Assembly: GCF_044704955.1 (NCBI RefSeq)
Contig: NC_091999.1
Span: forward strand, 23,808,001-23,872,000
Origin: Pristiophorus japonicus
Lineage: Eukaryota
DNA: 64,000 nt
Direction of reading: 5' to 3'
This document shows positions 1-11,529 of the stretch, piece by piece. Positions within the stretch are counted from its first letter, which is position 1. Each line of letters begins with the position of its first letter. Both the position numbers and the translations under genes were made by a program. The notes below the pieces were generated by a model that ran no database searches, had not been told where the DNA came from, and saw nothing but the letters and a program-made list of their open reading frames with translations.

Positions 1-1140
1 TGTATTTCACCATCTGCCTCCTCTCCCTGAGGCTCGAAATAGCTTTGATCCACCATGGGCCGATCTTCCTCTGCCACGTGGTGGTTAGCACGTTTTGCCG
101 AGCTTGCAGCTCATCTGCAAGCTCGTTGGAGGAGCTCCATTGTTCCACAGCTCTTGCAACCATACCCTTTGGAGCGGCATGAATAGGCTGAATGGAAGCC
201 TCCACAAAGCCGTCAAGGTGGAATTGCCTTGCATTAATCCTTTAGCTCTGAGTCATCTGGGTCACCTGAGGCCTTCTGGCAGTTGCAGACTCGTGGGTTC
301 TGCCCTGTACATTTCTGCTCGAAAACACAGTTCCAGTTAATTTATGAACATTGCTAGCACTTGTGTACTGAGAGATTTGTTTGCTGTTTTCACTGGTGGA
401 CATAAACGCCTGTGCTATCGCAGTGGCCTTAATGAGTGTAGGTGTCTCTACAGTCAAAATTTTCATAGGATGGTCTCGTGTCCAATACCCAGTACAAAAA
501 ATCTGAGCATTTGCTCCAGGTAGCCATTAAACTTACATTGTCCTGCAAGTTACCTTAGCTCAGCGACGCAGCTCGCCAATTCTTGACCTTCAGATCGCTG
601 GCACATGTAGAACCGATACCTCGCCATCAACACGCTCTCCCTCAGGTTAAGATGCTCCCAAACCAGTGTACAGTGCTCCTCATATGACATATCTGTGGGT
701 TTCACCAGAGCCAGAAGAAACTTCATGAGGCTGTAGGTCGGTGCCCCGCACACCATGAGGAGCACCGCTCTCTTTTTTCCATTGCTTCCTTCTCCATCCA
801 GCTCGTTGGCTACAAAGTACTGGTCTAGCCGTGCGACATCCACTTCCCAGTCCTCACCATCCGAGAAATTCTCCAGGATGCCCACAGTTTGGTGCATCTT
901 TGCGTTGGATTCGTATACTCGTCGCCAGTTATTGTGTTCCAAACACAGATGAGACTGCACACAGGGAGGTTAAATTAACAGTGACCTCAGTCTTTATTAA
1001 GACACTCCAGAATGATTAACAGGCCTTAAAGGCCGGCTTATATACAGTGCTCTCAAGGGATGCTGGGATCCCTTGGGACTTCAGGGAATGCGCTGCGAGG
1101 TGTCGGAACATGGGAATGCATGCTATACAGATACACAACA
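1..1140 (-). mobile_element. Ty3/Gypsy LTR retrotransposon, 5' end (5' LTR, PBS, degenerate gag); continues beyond the left edge
   Basis: LTR 933-1140 reads TG...CA on the minus strand, with TATA-like and AATAAA motifs. PBS TGGCGACGAG at 918-927 lies just inside it. ORF 550-960 is gag-like (DWEVDVARLDQYFVAN...RAVLLMVCG...RYRFYMCQRSEGQELASCVAELR). Frameshifted continuation (242-466) and a degenerate zinc knuckle (CGGFHSAYSC...CKSCGTMELLQRAC) near 110-215. Confidence 0.85.
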
Positions 1141-1871
1141 TGCAGGTCATCCAAGAACTAATTGAATGGAGGAACAGGCTTGATGGACTGAAATTCATAT
1201 TTCCTTCTGACACTCTTTAACAAGGCATGATAAAGGCTCACTAATGATAGAAATGAAAAAACTACTTCACACCAACATTACAAATGATTCCCAAACACAA
1301 AAGACCCCTTGGAATGCCATTCTCCCGACTTTTCTCCTTGGATGGGGGCTGCAAGTGCTGCTTGTACATTTTCATCGCCCCAAAAATCACAAGACACCAG
1401 GATATTAACTGTATTTCGTTTCGATTCTAAAATCCTGAGTTGGATTTGTTATTCGTTTTGAGCCAGTGTAAGTTTCGTGTTGAGCTCTTGAACCTGGGGC
1501 AGAGTCATTTTTAAAACGGTGATAACGTTTGGGCACAAGGATCTTTAGTCGGGCGTAATGGAACAAGGGTTTTCGGGAGGAGCGCTATTCAATTCGTAAC
1601 ACTATTGTGCATGAATGTATTTAATGTTTTACGCCGGGTATTTGCTTCACAGCACATTACAGGTGGCTCTGGATGTAAACACACAGAAAATTTGAAAGAT
1701 TCTCCCGGGCACGTTGCCAATCTGTTGTCCTTCCAATAACGATTTGTTTAAGCGACAGCGAGTGCTTGATATCTCAAAGGTGATTTATTCTTCTTGGGGG
1801 AATGAAGGGTGCATGCTGTTACCCTGATTGTGAAGATGAAGCTTGGCTTGATTTATATTTCTGCTTCACAG

Positions 1872-2161
1872 AATATATCCAATGCAGAAATCACTCTTCT
1901 GCAACCGTAAGTAGAACAGGTCTTACTTGAGACATTATCCTGTGTCGTGTCTAATGGTCCTTATGGAATCAAAATATCCAGGACTCGAGAAAAGGAAACT
2001 TGGAAATCAAAGATTGCCGTCGAAGTCGGCGAAGCTCCCAACAGTGTGATCAGCAACATAAACATCTCGAAACAAACCTGGCTAAGCGGTGTTGAGTTCT
2101 GCTCCGTGATGAGGCACCATTATTATAGCGACTATAAGAGATTCCATCCACAAGGAAAAGG
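1872..2161 (+). pseudogene. IGHM: IgM heavy chain Cmu3 exon, disrupted
   Basis: Acceptor ttcacag ends at 1871. Translates [81 protein letters not shown], then RDSIHKEK in another frame; closely matches shark Cmu3. In-frame TAA at 1908-1910, conserved W replaced by R, 3' frameshift, donor reads G|ATGAGC rather than GT. Confidence 0.88.
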
Positions 2162-2647
2162 ATGAGCGGTGAAATTGTAGCAACAAGTGAGACGCTCTGA
2201 CTATTTCCGTGCATGTGCTAATTGGCTCTATTAAGTGTGTTAATGGATTGCTCTGATAATTGAATTGGTAATTCCACTAAATAATCCGACTGGGACCCGA
2301 AATTATGCACTTAAGTGGAATCTGGATAAGTCCATGAGGGAAAAAGGGAAATATATTTTATTTGTGTTGGATAAAATTAGCTGGACGAGGCTCGTTTGGA
2401 GCATAAACAACGATAATGACCAGTTGGGAAGAAAATGCTATGTTATTTTCCAGTCCGACTCCTAAAGGACCCAGAGAGAAGGATTGCATCCCCCTCTGCT
2501 CCGTGCTGCAAAGCCAGACAGGCCACAGGGGGGAAAAAGGGAATCCTTTAAAAATCAGCGCAAAGCACATTTCTCTCACATCTAACCACCGGTTCCTTTG
2601 TCTCTGGAATTATCCAGTTTATTGACTTTTAAATAATTGTTCTGCAG

Positions 2648-3039
2648 CTAAAGATCCGCGGGAACCGGCCGTGTCTGTCCTCCTGCCCTCGGCAGAAGAA
2701 GTCTCCGTTCAAACTTTCTTTACCTTCAACTGCTTAATGAGAGGTTTCTCCCCCCAAGAGATCTTCGTCAAATGGACCATCAATGACAAGCCGATAGATT
2801 CCGGCAACAACAAGAACACCGAGGTGATGGCGGAGAACGGCAGCAGCTCCTTCTTCATCTACAGCCTGCTATCCATTGCAGCCGAGGAGTGGGCCAGCGG
2901 CGCCTCTTACTCCTGTGTGATGAGACATGAAGCGATCCCCTTCAAGATCAACAACAAAACCGTTAATAAGTCCAGTGGTAAACTGACTTTTGTGAACATT
3001 TCATTAAAGCTGGTAGATACGGTGAATTCTTGTCAATGA
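2648..3039 (+). pseudogene. IGHM: IgM heavy chain Cmu4 exon with secretory tailpiece (open frame, within a disrupted gene)
   Basis: Acceptor tctgcag ends at 2647. [19 protein letters not shown]...[19 protein letters not shown]...[30 protein letters not shown]...[27 protein letters not shown]1-set Cys/Trp intact, tailpiece NIS sequon and penultimate Cys, internal membrane-form donor G|GTAAAC after 2977. Confidence 0.95.
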
Positions 3040-3067
3040 GAATCTCTCGATTGCATTTAAATTCTTA

Positions 3068-3073
3068 AATAAA
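3068..3073 (+). terminator. poly(A) signal of secretory mu transcript
   Basis: AATAAA about 30 nt after the tailpiece stop. Confidence 0.7.
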
Positions 3074-3499
3074 ATACTGTAAAGGCCTTTTCTTCCAATT
3101 GCGAGTTAAATACATAGCCACTCAATTAATATTGTTTTTCTACCCATTTTTCCGAATGCGGGAGGCTGCTAAACTGAAGCAGGCTATTTACAGGAGTCGG
3201 GTCCAAGGCTTGTACAGCCAAAGTTCCCAGCTCAGATAAACCACTGGTTGGAGACAGGGTGAAGCTCTTTCATGACAGGTTTCCTCAATGTAACTTCAGC
3301 AAATTTCCTCCCACTGGAGGAATCTTTAACGTTCCCATTTCCGACAAACAAATGCAGCCATTTAGATATTGGCGTCCCTGTTTCTCATGTTGTCCATCCC
3401 TTCAGAATTGAGGCCAGTTTTATTTTGAAGCTTCGCATCTTCTGGAAACTGAAAAGAGGGCCAGACACGTACATGAACTGCACCTCCCATTATCACACC

Positions 3500-3845
3500 A
3501 GAAAGAGAGGACAGGGAATGGTTAACCCACTGTCCCTTCAACTCGCCAGCAGAGAGAGGGGAAAGGATAATGGTTAACACCCTGTACCTCACACTCAACC
3601 ACCAGAGATAGGGGAAGGACAATCGTTAACCCAATGTACCTCACACTCAACCACCAGAGAGAGGGGAAAGGACAAGTGTTAATCCAATGTACCTCACAAT
3701 CAACCACCAGAGGGAGGGGAATGGACAATTGTTAACCCAATGTACCTCAAACTCAACCACCAGAGAGATGGGAAAGGACAATTGTTAACCCAAAGTACCT
3801 CACACGCCCACCATCCGCCCCCCGTCCCTACCGCAGAGAGGGGAA
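3500..3845. repeat. ~53-bp minisatellite, ~6 copies
   Basis: GTTAACCCAATGTACCTCACACTCAACCACCAGAGAGAGGGGAAAGGACAATT recurs at ~3521, 3573, 3625, 3678, 3731 and 3784. Confidence 0.9.
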
Positions 3846-4199
3846 GTCAACCGATCTCTATTCTGTGAACTCAGTAGCAACCAGTAAAATGATAGATTTC
3901 AACTCGCTGTCAGAAAACGTTAAACTTGCCGAATATGCATCATATTGTATAATAAATTTTGTTCAACATTTTAGCTTTAACTAGTATTTGGCTAAATCTA
4001 TATCAGTTATTCGTAAACTAACTGATTGAATTTTAATAGTCAAAATGTAAACTAGTTATTCAATCCTCTGCAGGTTTTTCATGGTTATCTCCAAGATAGG
4101 TCCGAGGCCCATCGTTGAATTGTTGAAATCCATCAACTGACATCGCATTGCGTCTCACACGGAAACACTTTTACATAGAGCTGGCGAGAATGCCTGTAA

Positions 4200-4860
4200 A
4201 CGTGCGTGTGTGTCTTTATGTGAACGTGTGTTCGTTGTTGTGTGTAAATTTGCGTGGTTTTGTGTAAGTGCACACTTCCATACAAACACACTCAGACTTA
4301 CAAATAAACAAACAATCTTCATACTAACACAGAATAATATAGGTATCCAGAATATAATGCACACTGTTATTGTCACACTCGGTTAGTGGTACTCTCTGAA
4401 ACTTTGAGTAAACATACACAGTCTTACACAAAGTACACAAACACACGCATTAACACACAGATTTACACACGCATAACCACACATATCAACACAAACACAC
4501 ATACACAAATCACACACACAGATACACACGCAGTTACACTCAAACTCACACAGTTACACATAAAAACACAAACATAGACCTCAACATACAAAAACGCTTA
4601 CATATACACATAAGGTACATGCACATTGCTACACATAACACGCACACTTATATATGTAAATACACATATACAAAAACACACAAAGACTTACATATAAACA
4701 TACACACACTTACATAAACACTCGCACAATTATATATAACACACACAGTTACATATTAACATAAACATTAAAACACAAACACAGGGAAAACGAAAACAAG
4801 AGATCATGATCCACACATATGCAAACAGTAAAGCGCACAAAACACATCAGGATATAAACA
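4200..4860. repeat. degenerate (CA/TG)-rich low-complexity tract
   Basis: ACACAC/ATACAC runs; accounts for the T/H-rich spurious ORFs. Confidence 0.8.
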
Positions 4861-5442
4861 TATGTGGAATTCAATGCACTTTTTATATAGGCACAGCATG
4901 GAACGATTGCACTGAATAAAAAATTCCTGAAAACATAATTCTCACTTTCTCAATTCCAACACTGAATCCATGTTCTTGTTGGAAACTGATACAAGTTAAT
5001 TATGTTCAGAACACAGCCATAACAAGTAAATAAACAATATTATAACTCACAACTGATCACTTACCTTGTCTCCTTGACAGTCTCCAAATAAGTAGCTATC
5101 TAAACCTATCGTTAAATTATCGATATCAATCAGTAAACCTCCCTCGATCTTACATTATACTATTCCCGAATGGTAGAATGTAGAAAATTGATGCAAGATC
5201 AATTGAAGGCAACATTCATATTTTCCAACAAGGACTATAAGAGGATCATAAAGGAAGAATGACTGTGGAGGTAGGAACAGAGATAGATGGCCGAGAGTGA
5301 TTAACATAACACAAGGTATATATTGACAATTAAATTAGAGAACAAAATAATAATTCATGGAAAAGAAAAGAGAATATATGATCACATGATATCTTGGTTA
5401 CATAAGCGATCTCGATATATTTCTATCTCTTCATCCCCGTAG

Positions 5443-5570
5443 ATTCCTCAGACCACATCTCGAGTGAAGACTATGAGGATGAGTGCGACAACATCTGGAC
5501 AACCGCTTCCACATTCATCATCCTGTTCTTCCTGAGAATTTCCTACAGCGCTGCCGTCACTCTGATGAAA
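5443..5570 (+). pseudogene. IGHM: IgM TM1 exon
   Basis: Acceptor ccccgtag ends at 5442. DSSDHISSEDYEDECDNIWTTASTFIILFFLRISYSAAVTLMK is the acidic spacer plus antigen-receptor TM motif. Arg within the TM; donor is GC (aaa|gcgaga). Confidence 0.92.
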
Positions 5571-5708
5571 GCGAGAAGATTCAATCCATTTACATCGATC
5601 TGTTTGAAGCGGTTTGACAAATCTCTGGATGTTTCATTGATAAAAACCTTGCGATAAATGCCCCATACCACTAGATCTTCACTTCACTCTTTAATACCTC
5701 TTTTACAG

Positions 5709-5717
5709 GTCAACTGA
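5709..5717 (+). pseudogene. IGHM: IgM TM2 exon (VN*)
   Basis: ttttacag|GTC AAC TGA about 140 nt after TM1, giving a cytoplasmic tail KVN instead of canonical KVK; AATAAA at 5780-5785. Confidence 0.75.
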
Positions 5718-6439
5718 ACGGTTGAATTTCGGATGCCGTGGATTTTCCTCTCTGTTTATTAACAACTCTGTGTCCTGAAAATAAATATGTCCATCGTGAT
5801 TCTCAGAGTAAAATGTTTCAATTAATAGTTCCGAATCTCTAGCTGAGAATATCATAACCGGGATTTCCATCTTTCTGTTTGAAATGTGTGAGATAATCGT
5901 GGCCATAATGTAAATATATCTCAGAGTTTCACCGTTTTTTGAATATTTCTTGGGGAAATAAGTCACTTTTCTAGTTCCTAATTCTCAATTATTCCCTTCC
6001 TTTTATGTTAATCCCTTATTTTCTCTCCCAGATGCCTGTTTCATTTGTACAGATAGCCGGCCAGCTCAGACCACCGGTGTTGTGGTCTCAATGTGCTGTT
6101 ATATTCACTTTATGCTACATTTTTGAAAAACTTCTCTACAAATTGTTCTTTGCGAAATTGTTAATAAATCTGGAATGGCGATTGGACTAAGTTGGAAATG
6201 TTGTTGAATTCCTTTCTAGGAGGCTCATCCGCACCGTTGCATATCCCATTACACTTTGTTTTATTTCCCTGACTGATATTTTTTACAGATCCTGTTTTGG
6301 TTTTGTTTCAATCCAAGTCCCTTCGGTTTAGGAGCCACTGTGCCACCCAGTTTCCCATCAGAATAAAGACACCTTTATCTCTGCATTTGTAAGTCAAGTC
6401 CCAGAGTGCAATTGACAGCACAGCGACAACGCAGTACCT

Positions 6440-7780
6440 CTAACATTATGGTCTGTCACAGTCATATGTCAGGTTCTATTAAAGAGCAAGGGGAGAGGAA
6501 GAAGAATGGAAGAGCTGTAGTGGTTGGGGCTTCAATAGTCAGGGAAGCAGACAATCAGTTCTGCGGCCGCAGCTGTGACTCCAGGATGGTATGTTGCCTC
6601 ACTGCAGCTCGGGTCAAGGATGTCACCGAACGGTTGCAGGGCTTTCTGGGTGGAGGAGGATGAACAGCCAGAGGTCCTGATCCGTATCGGGACAAACGTC
6701 ATGGGTAGTAAGAGGGATGAGGTTCTGCAGGCAGAATTTAGGGAGCTAGGAGACAGATTAAAAAGCAAGACCTCAAAACTAGTAATCTCCAGATTAATCC
6801 AGTTGTCAAGAGCTAGTGAGTACGGAAATAGGAGAATAGAGCAGGTAGATGTGTGACTGATTGAAATAGTACAAGAGGGAGGGCTTTCGAATCCTGAAGC
6901 ATTGGAACCGCTTCTGGTGGAGGTGTGACCTGTACAAGCCAGAACGGGTTTCACCTCAACAGAGCCGGACCAATATCCACGCGGGTTGGTCGGGTGGGGT
7001 TGCGGGGGTTGAGAGGGGTTGATCGTGCTGTTGCGGAGGGTTTAGATTATCTTGGCTTGGGAATAGGAACAGGAGAATAGATTCTCTTTGAAGGGGAATT
7101 AATAATGGAGCGCAGGGAAATGGCAGAGACGTTGAACAAATATTTTGTACCGGTATTCACGGTAGAAAACCCCAAAAACATCCCAATAGTGGATAATCAA
7201 GGGGCTATAGGTAGCGAGGAACTTAATCCAATCACTATCACTAATGAAGTAGTATTAGGTAAAATAATGGGACTAAAGTTGGACAAGTCTCCTGGACCTG
7301 ATGCATTATATCTTAGGATCTTTAGAGAAGTGGCTGCAGAGATAGTAGATGCATTTGTTGTAATCTACCAAAATTCCCTGGATTCTGGGGTGGTCCCATC
7401 AGATTGGAAAACCACAAATGTAATGCGACTATTTCAAAAATCAGGCAGCTACAAATTAGGAAACTAGACCAGTTAGCCAAATATCTGTCATTGTGAAAAT
7501 GCTGGAGTCCATTATTAAGGAAGCAGTAGCGGGACATTTGGAAAGCAGGATCCAATCAAGAAGAGTCTGCATGTTTTTATGAAAGGGAAATCACGTTTGG
7601 AAAATTTGCTGGAGTGGGTAACGAGCAGGGTGGATAAAGGATAATCATTAGATGTGTTGTATTTGGATTTCCAGAAGGCATTCGATAATGTACCACATAA
7701 GTGGTTACTGCACAAATTAAAAGCTCACCTGGTTGTGTAATATATTACCATTGATTGAAGATTGACTAACTAACAGAGCA
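6440..7780 (+). mobile_element. CR1-type LINE fragments (ORF1 esterase and ORF2 pieces)
   Basis: AVVVGASIVR...DSRMVCCL, IGTNVMG (ORF1); KSPGPDALY...DWKTTNV and YLDFQKAFD (ORF2); many lesions and an internal deletion. Confidence 0.85.
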
Positions 7781-9252
7781 AACCATACAATAGCCAAGAG
7801 ATCAGGAGAAGTGAAAGGTGGAAGGAACATAGTTATGATTATACATTCTGGGGAGGGTTTCTTGGCAAGATATGCAGTTACTGTTGAAGAAGCTGGTAAT
7901 GAGCAAGGGAATTGCAGCTGCAAAAATCCCCAACCACCTTTAAAGCTGGAGTAGCAGGAAGAGCTGCATCTGAGTTTCCTGTGGGCGGCTGGGCATGTGA
8001 GCCGCTCCTACGCCCGGATGAAACGTGCTGCAATAAGCACTGAAACACCGCCTACTTTTCAAAAGCATCTGTTTGACGGACATTCCACCATTTGTTTCTG
8101 ACAAACAGTTGGCCATATATGTTTGATGTGCTGTCGGCCGTGTTAGTATGACGTAGCTATGTTTCTGTGACGTCTCATTACATGAACTTATGTTTCTTTA
8201 CAACCATTTAAATAAAACATGACTTAAATTCCCACAAAGGAAACAATTTTACTTTTTCAATAAAAACTAGCAAATAGGCGACAGAAATAAAGATACAGGC
8301 AGCCACGATTAAAGTGTTTGACAGGTTTGAGCCACAATGCCCTTCACACTACCCAGATGCTTTGTCGTTTGGCGAGTAGCACATGTGCGAACAGTCCTCC
8401 CATAGAGCACCGCGGCCCGGGGACCACATTGAGCCTTTTTTGGCCGCTTTGCATTGTGAAAGCTCTGTTATTCACGACTCCTTAAATCATTGAAAGGATG
8501 TGAGCTAAAGGAACCAGTGAATGCCAATTTATTCAAGCCCCCATAAGGCAATCAGAGCTCTCCGTATGAGCTAATAGCACTTGGTCAGATGTATTTCAGG
8601 TTAATCAAAGCATGGAAGTTATATTATTGAGTCAGAGACCGGAAAGTAAGAAGAGCAAATTGTACAAAAATCTTTATTTTCCCCAGAGTCCCCGAAACAT
8701 ACAACTATTTTCTATTTCATATCCTCCCTCATTCGGTTGAGTGATTGCAAGACAACTGTTTTCAAGTTTGGAAAGTTACAGCTGTCTTTAGGTGAAATTT
8801 AAAGAAAGTAATGGGCCGGAGCCTTCCACGAGCAGAACAACACGATAAATATCCAGCTTTAAAGGAATACACAGGATGAAATCACCCACAGAGGCAGAAT
8901 ATAGGAACTAGAACCTTTCCTATTAAGTAAGCGACAAGCTGACCTTGGAGCTCCTGGAGCTGATCTGAACATCCATCCATCAAGTCAAGGGAAAACAGCT
9001 GATCAGAAGCAGAAAGGACAGTTTAGAAGTCAGTTCATTCGATGGTGGTCGATTCACAGGTCGATTTTCGGACCGATTGAATAATGCAACTTGTTTTCTC
9101 GGCCGCTCCTGGAATCATTTGGCTGACAATTGGATCCGAGGTTAATTTGGTATATTCTCTGTGTGTCTGAGCGCCTGACAGCGCGCTGCACACTGTGGCT
9201 GCATCTGCCCGCGATTCCAACAGGCAGGAGCTCCGCCGAACAGGCCAATGGC

Positions 9253-9291
9253 AGTTTTTGTACGGTGGTGATGTTGCTTTCCATCTCTGCA
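9253..9291 (-). other. 23-spacer RSS of TCR V1 (degenerate heptamer)
   Basis: Minus strand TGCAGAG - 23 nt - ACAAAAACT. Confidence 0.8.
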
Positions 9292-9596
9292 TGTCTCAGG
9301 GCGCTGTAATACACGCCAGCGTCAGTAGGGTGCAGCCCGGAGATGTTTAAGCTGATGAATTTATTCGTGGTCTGGAGCTCTGCAGAGAAACGTGTTTGAG
9401 CAAAATCTGCATTATTCTCACCACCGTTCGAATATTGCCTCAGTGTAAACGTGGGCTGTGTGTCTGGGTGTTACCAGTAGCAGAATAAATAATACAAGCT
9501 CCATGCAGTTTCATAATACAGCTTAAATCACCATTTCACCCTGTGCCTTAACTCCTGAGGACAGCTGGTGAGTGACAGAGTCTCCTTTACTCAGAT
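9292..9596 (-). pseudogene. TCR alpha/delta-type V segment 1 (V exon), inverted relative to the IgH clusters
   Basis: Acceptor ...ttgcccag|. DLSKGDSVTHQLSSGVKAQGEMVI/LSC/YETAWSLYYLFCYW*HPDTQPTFTLRQYSNGGENNADFAQTRFSAELQTTNKFISLNISGLHPTDAGVYYSALRH. GDSVT start, RFSAEL and YYxAL ending are TCR Va/d-like. Frameshifts, a stop, W->C and C->S. Possible decayed leader at ~9710-9755. Confidence 0.85.
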
Positions 9597-10129
9597 CTGG
9601 GCAACTTGTTCAAACAGGAAAAGGTCAGACCGGGCTGTGATTACAATTCAGTTTCAACCCATATTAGAAATGATAGAAAAGATTAAATAGGTTTTCTCCA
9701 CAATTATCTTTCAGAAATGTCCCACGCAACCCCGCTGCTGAGTCATCGCATTGTCGCTGCTGCTTTGTAAAAGGGGTTTGTATATTTAAAGACACCCATT
9801 CTAATACCCACTCTCAATATTCGTGTGTCGTGTCTCAGGATGCTCTCGGTTGTGCTGTGAGACCGTAGGTGGTGAGCTGGCAGCCAGTGTACGGCAACAC
9901 TCCGAGCTGGGCTACACTCAGTGTACTTATACGGGAATGGTTTGGTTTTAAACACCAGTGCTGGGAATGAAACCTTTACCTGGTTATTGTGACTGAAATT
10001 TGCAGGATTGTTGATGGCTTTGTTTTATAGGGGGAGGGGCGCTTTTTAGCCATTTCCCGTTCGTCTAATTAATGTTCACGGGAGCAGAATGCGGAGAAAT
10101 TGTACAAAAGGGCAGGGTGATTGGAGGCT

Positions 10130-10445
10130 GGGTTCAAACGCAGAGGATGAATGTTGGGCGGCTATAAATCGCCAGGGTGTGGTGCAGGGCAGATTCACGG
10201 CCCCCGAAGTGAGGTGTTGGACGGCATCAAACCACCAGACTGAGGTGTTGGGCGTGTTCAGAGCGCAAGGGTAGGTGTAACGTGAACCAATAGCCCCAGG
10301 GTGAGATGTATGGCGTGTTTAGACCCCCAGGGTGAGATGTAGGGCGATTTCAGTGCCCTAAGGGTGAGGTGTGGAGCTGGTGCAGAGCACCAGTATGAGG
10401 TGTAGGGCGGGTTCAGACCCCTAAGGCGAGGTGTAGGCCGGGTTC
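10130..10445. repeat. GC-rich degenerate ~30-bp tandem repeat
   Basis: Recurring GGTTCAGACCCCAGGGTGAGATGTAGGGC-like units. Confidence 0.65.
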
Positions 10446-11529
10446 TTTTTAATAAAAGATCAACATCAGCATGGCCGGAAAAAATGTCCTTACAACTTTC
10501 ACTCATATTAGAAATGGATATGGCGCAGAAATCAAATAAATTACAGGCGGATGCGATTTATTGTTCGCCCCGTTAATATCGATCTCTACCATTGGTATAA
10601 TTAATGGCATCAGAAATCAGATCTCAGTGTGTGTCATTGATTCACATTTTAATGTTGTGTTTTCGATCTGCCACACTCTTCTCGTCACGTGTTCTGTCCA
10701 CAGTTTACTAACCAAAGCCATCGTTCGATATGACTGATGTCTTTTTTTGATGATTGTGCCCGATGTACCGACCCAACCCATTTGCGGATTTCACACATTA
10801 ATCTTCAATTCATTCCACAATTTGCACAACTTTTGGAATAAAGCAGAATTTAACACAATGCCCGGGATCTGATCCACAAAATGTATATTGTGACCTGACA
10901 CCATCTACAGCTTTTCAGTGAATTGTTCAGATCTCGGGGGAAAGTGTGGGATATTCACTGACCTGATGCAGTTCCTCCTTATGGGAAGCTGGGTTAGAGC
11001 AGTCCTGAAATAATATGCCGAGCAGCAGCAAAGGTTTTACTAAAGACAGAGAGAAGGAAGTTCGTAGCATTATGGATAAAGAGTGGAGACAGGGGAAGAG
11101 AAGGTACATACAGGCACGGAAGTAGCATCGAAAGACAAAGGGTGAATTGTGGCACCACAGACATGATTTCTGAAGTTAATTTTATTATAACTACGAGTTG
11201 AAATCACAAACTAATATTAATCCGCCGTTTTACTCTCGCTGCATAGAGATAAATCACGAAGGAATTATTTTCAAGTGGCAGGCGTTTGTGTTAATACTTT
11301 CCTCTTCAACCATCATTTCACGAACTGCCTGTTCCACTGTGCCGTGGTGTCTCCATGGTAACATTAAATAATAGTAATAGTCATCATATTCATCGTCACC
11401 ATCATCTCAAACAAAATAACCATCATCGCCACCATTACACATTTAACCAATAATAACATCTGGGTTACAGCAGTGAAGGGGAGAATGGATTTTCACTGAG
11501 AAAGAAATACTTATTAAGAAGTGATATAA

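Noticed and set aside
1380-1405. KITRHQ as a possible Cmu2 3' end
   Set aside because: No upstream YxC or other Ig-domain features and no GT donor.
8411-8437. RGPGTTLSL resembling a J-segment FGxGT motif
   Set aside because: No F/W before the Gly, no correctly spaced RSS and no splice donor.
9160-9230. Perfect CACAGTG (9191-9197, minus) 55 nt past the V1 RSS, suggesting a linked D as in TAILV/NAR-TCR cassettes
   Set aside because: The best nonamer is only about 5/9 at 22 or 24 spacing and there is no convincing 5' 12-RSS; cannot be supported without a paralogue.
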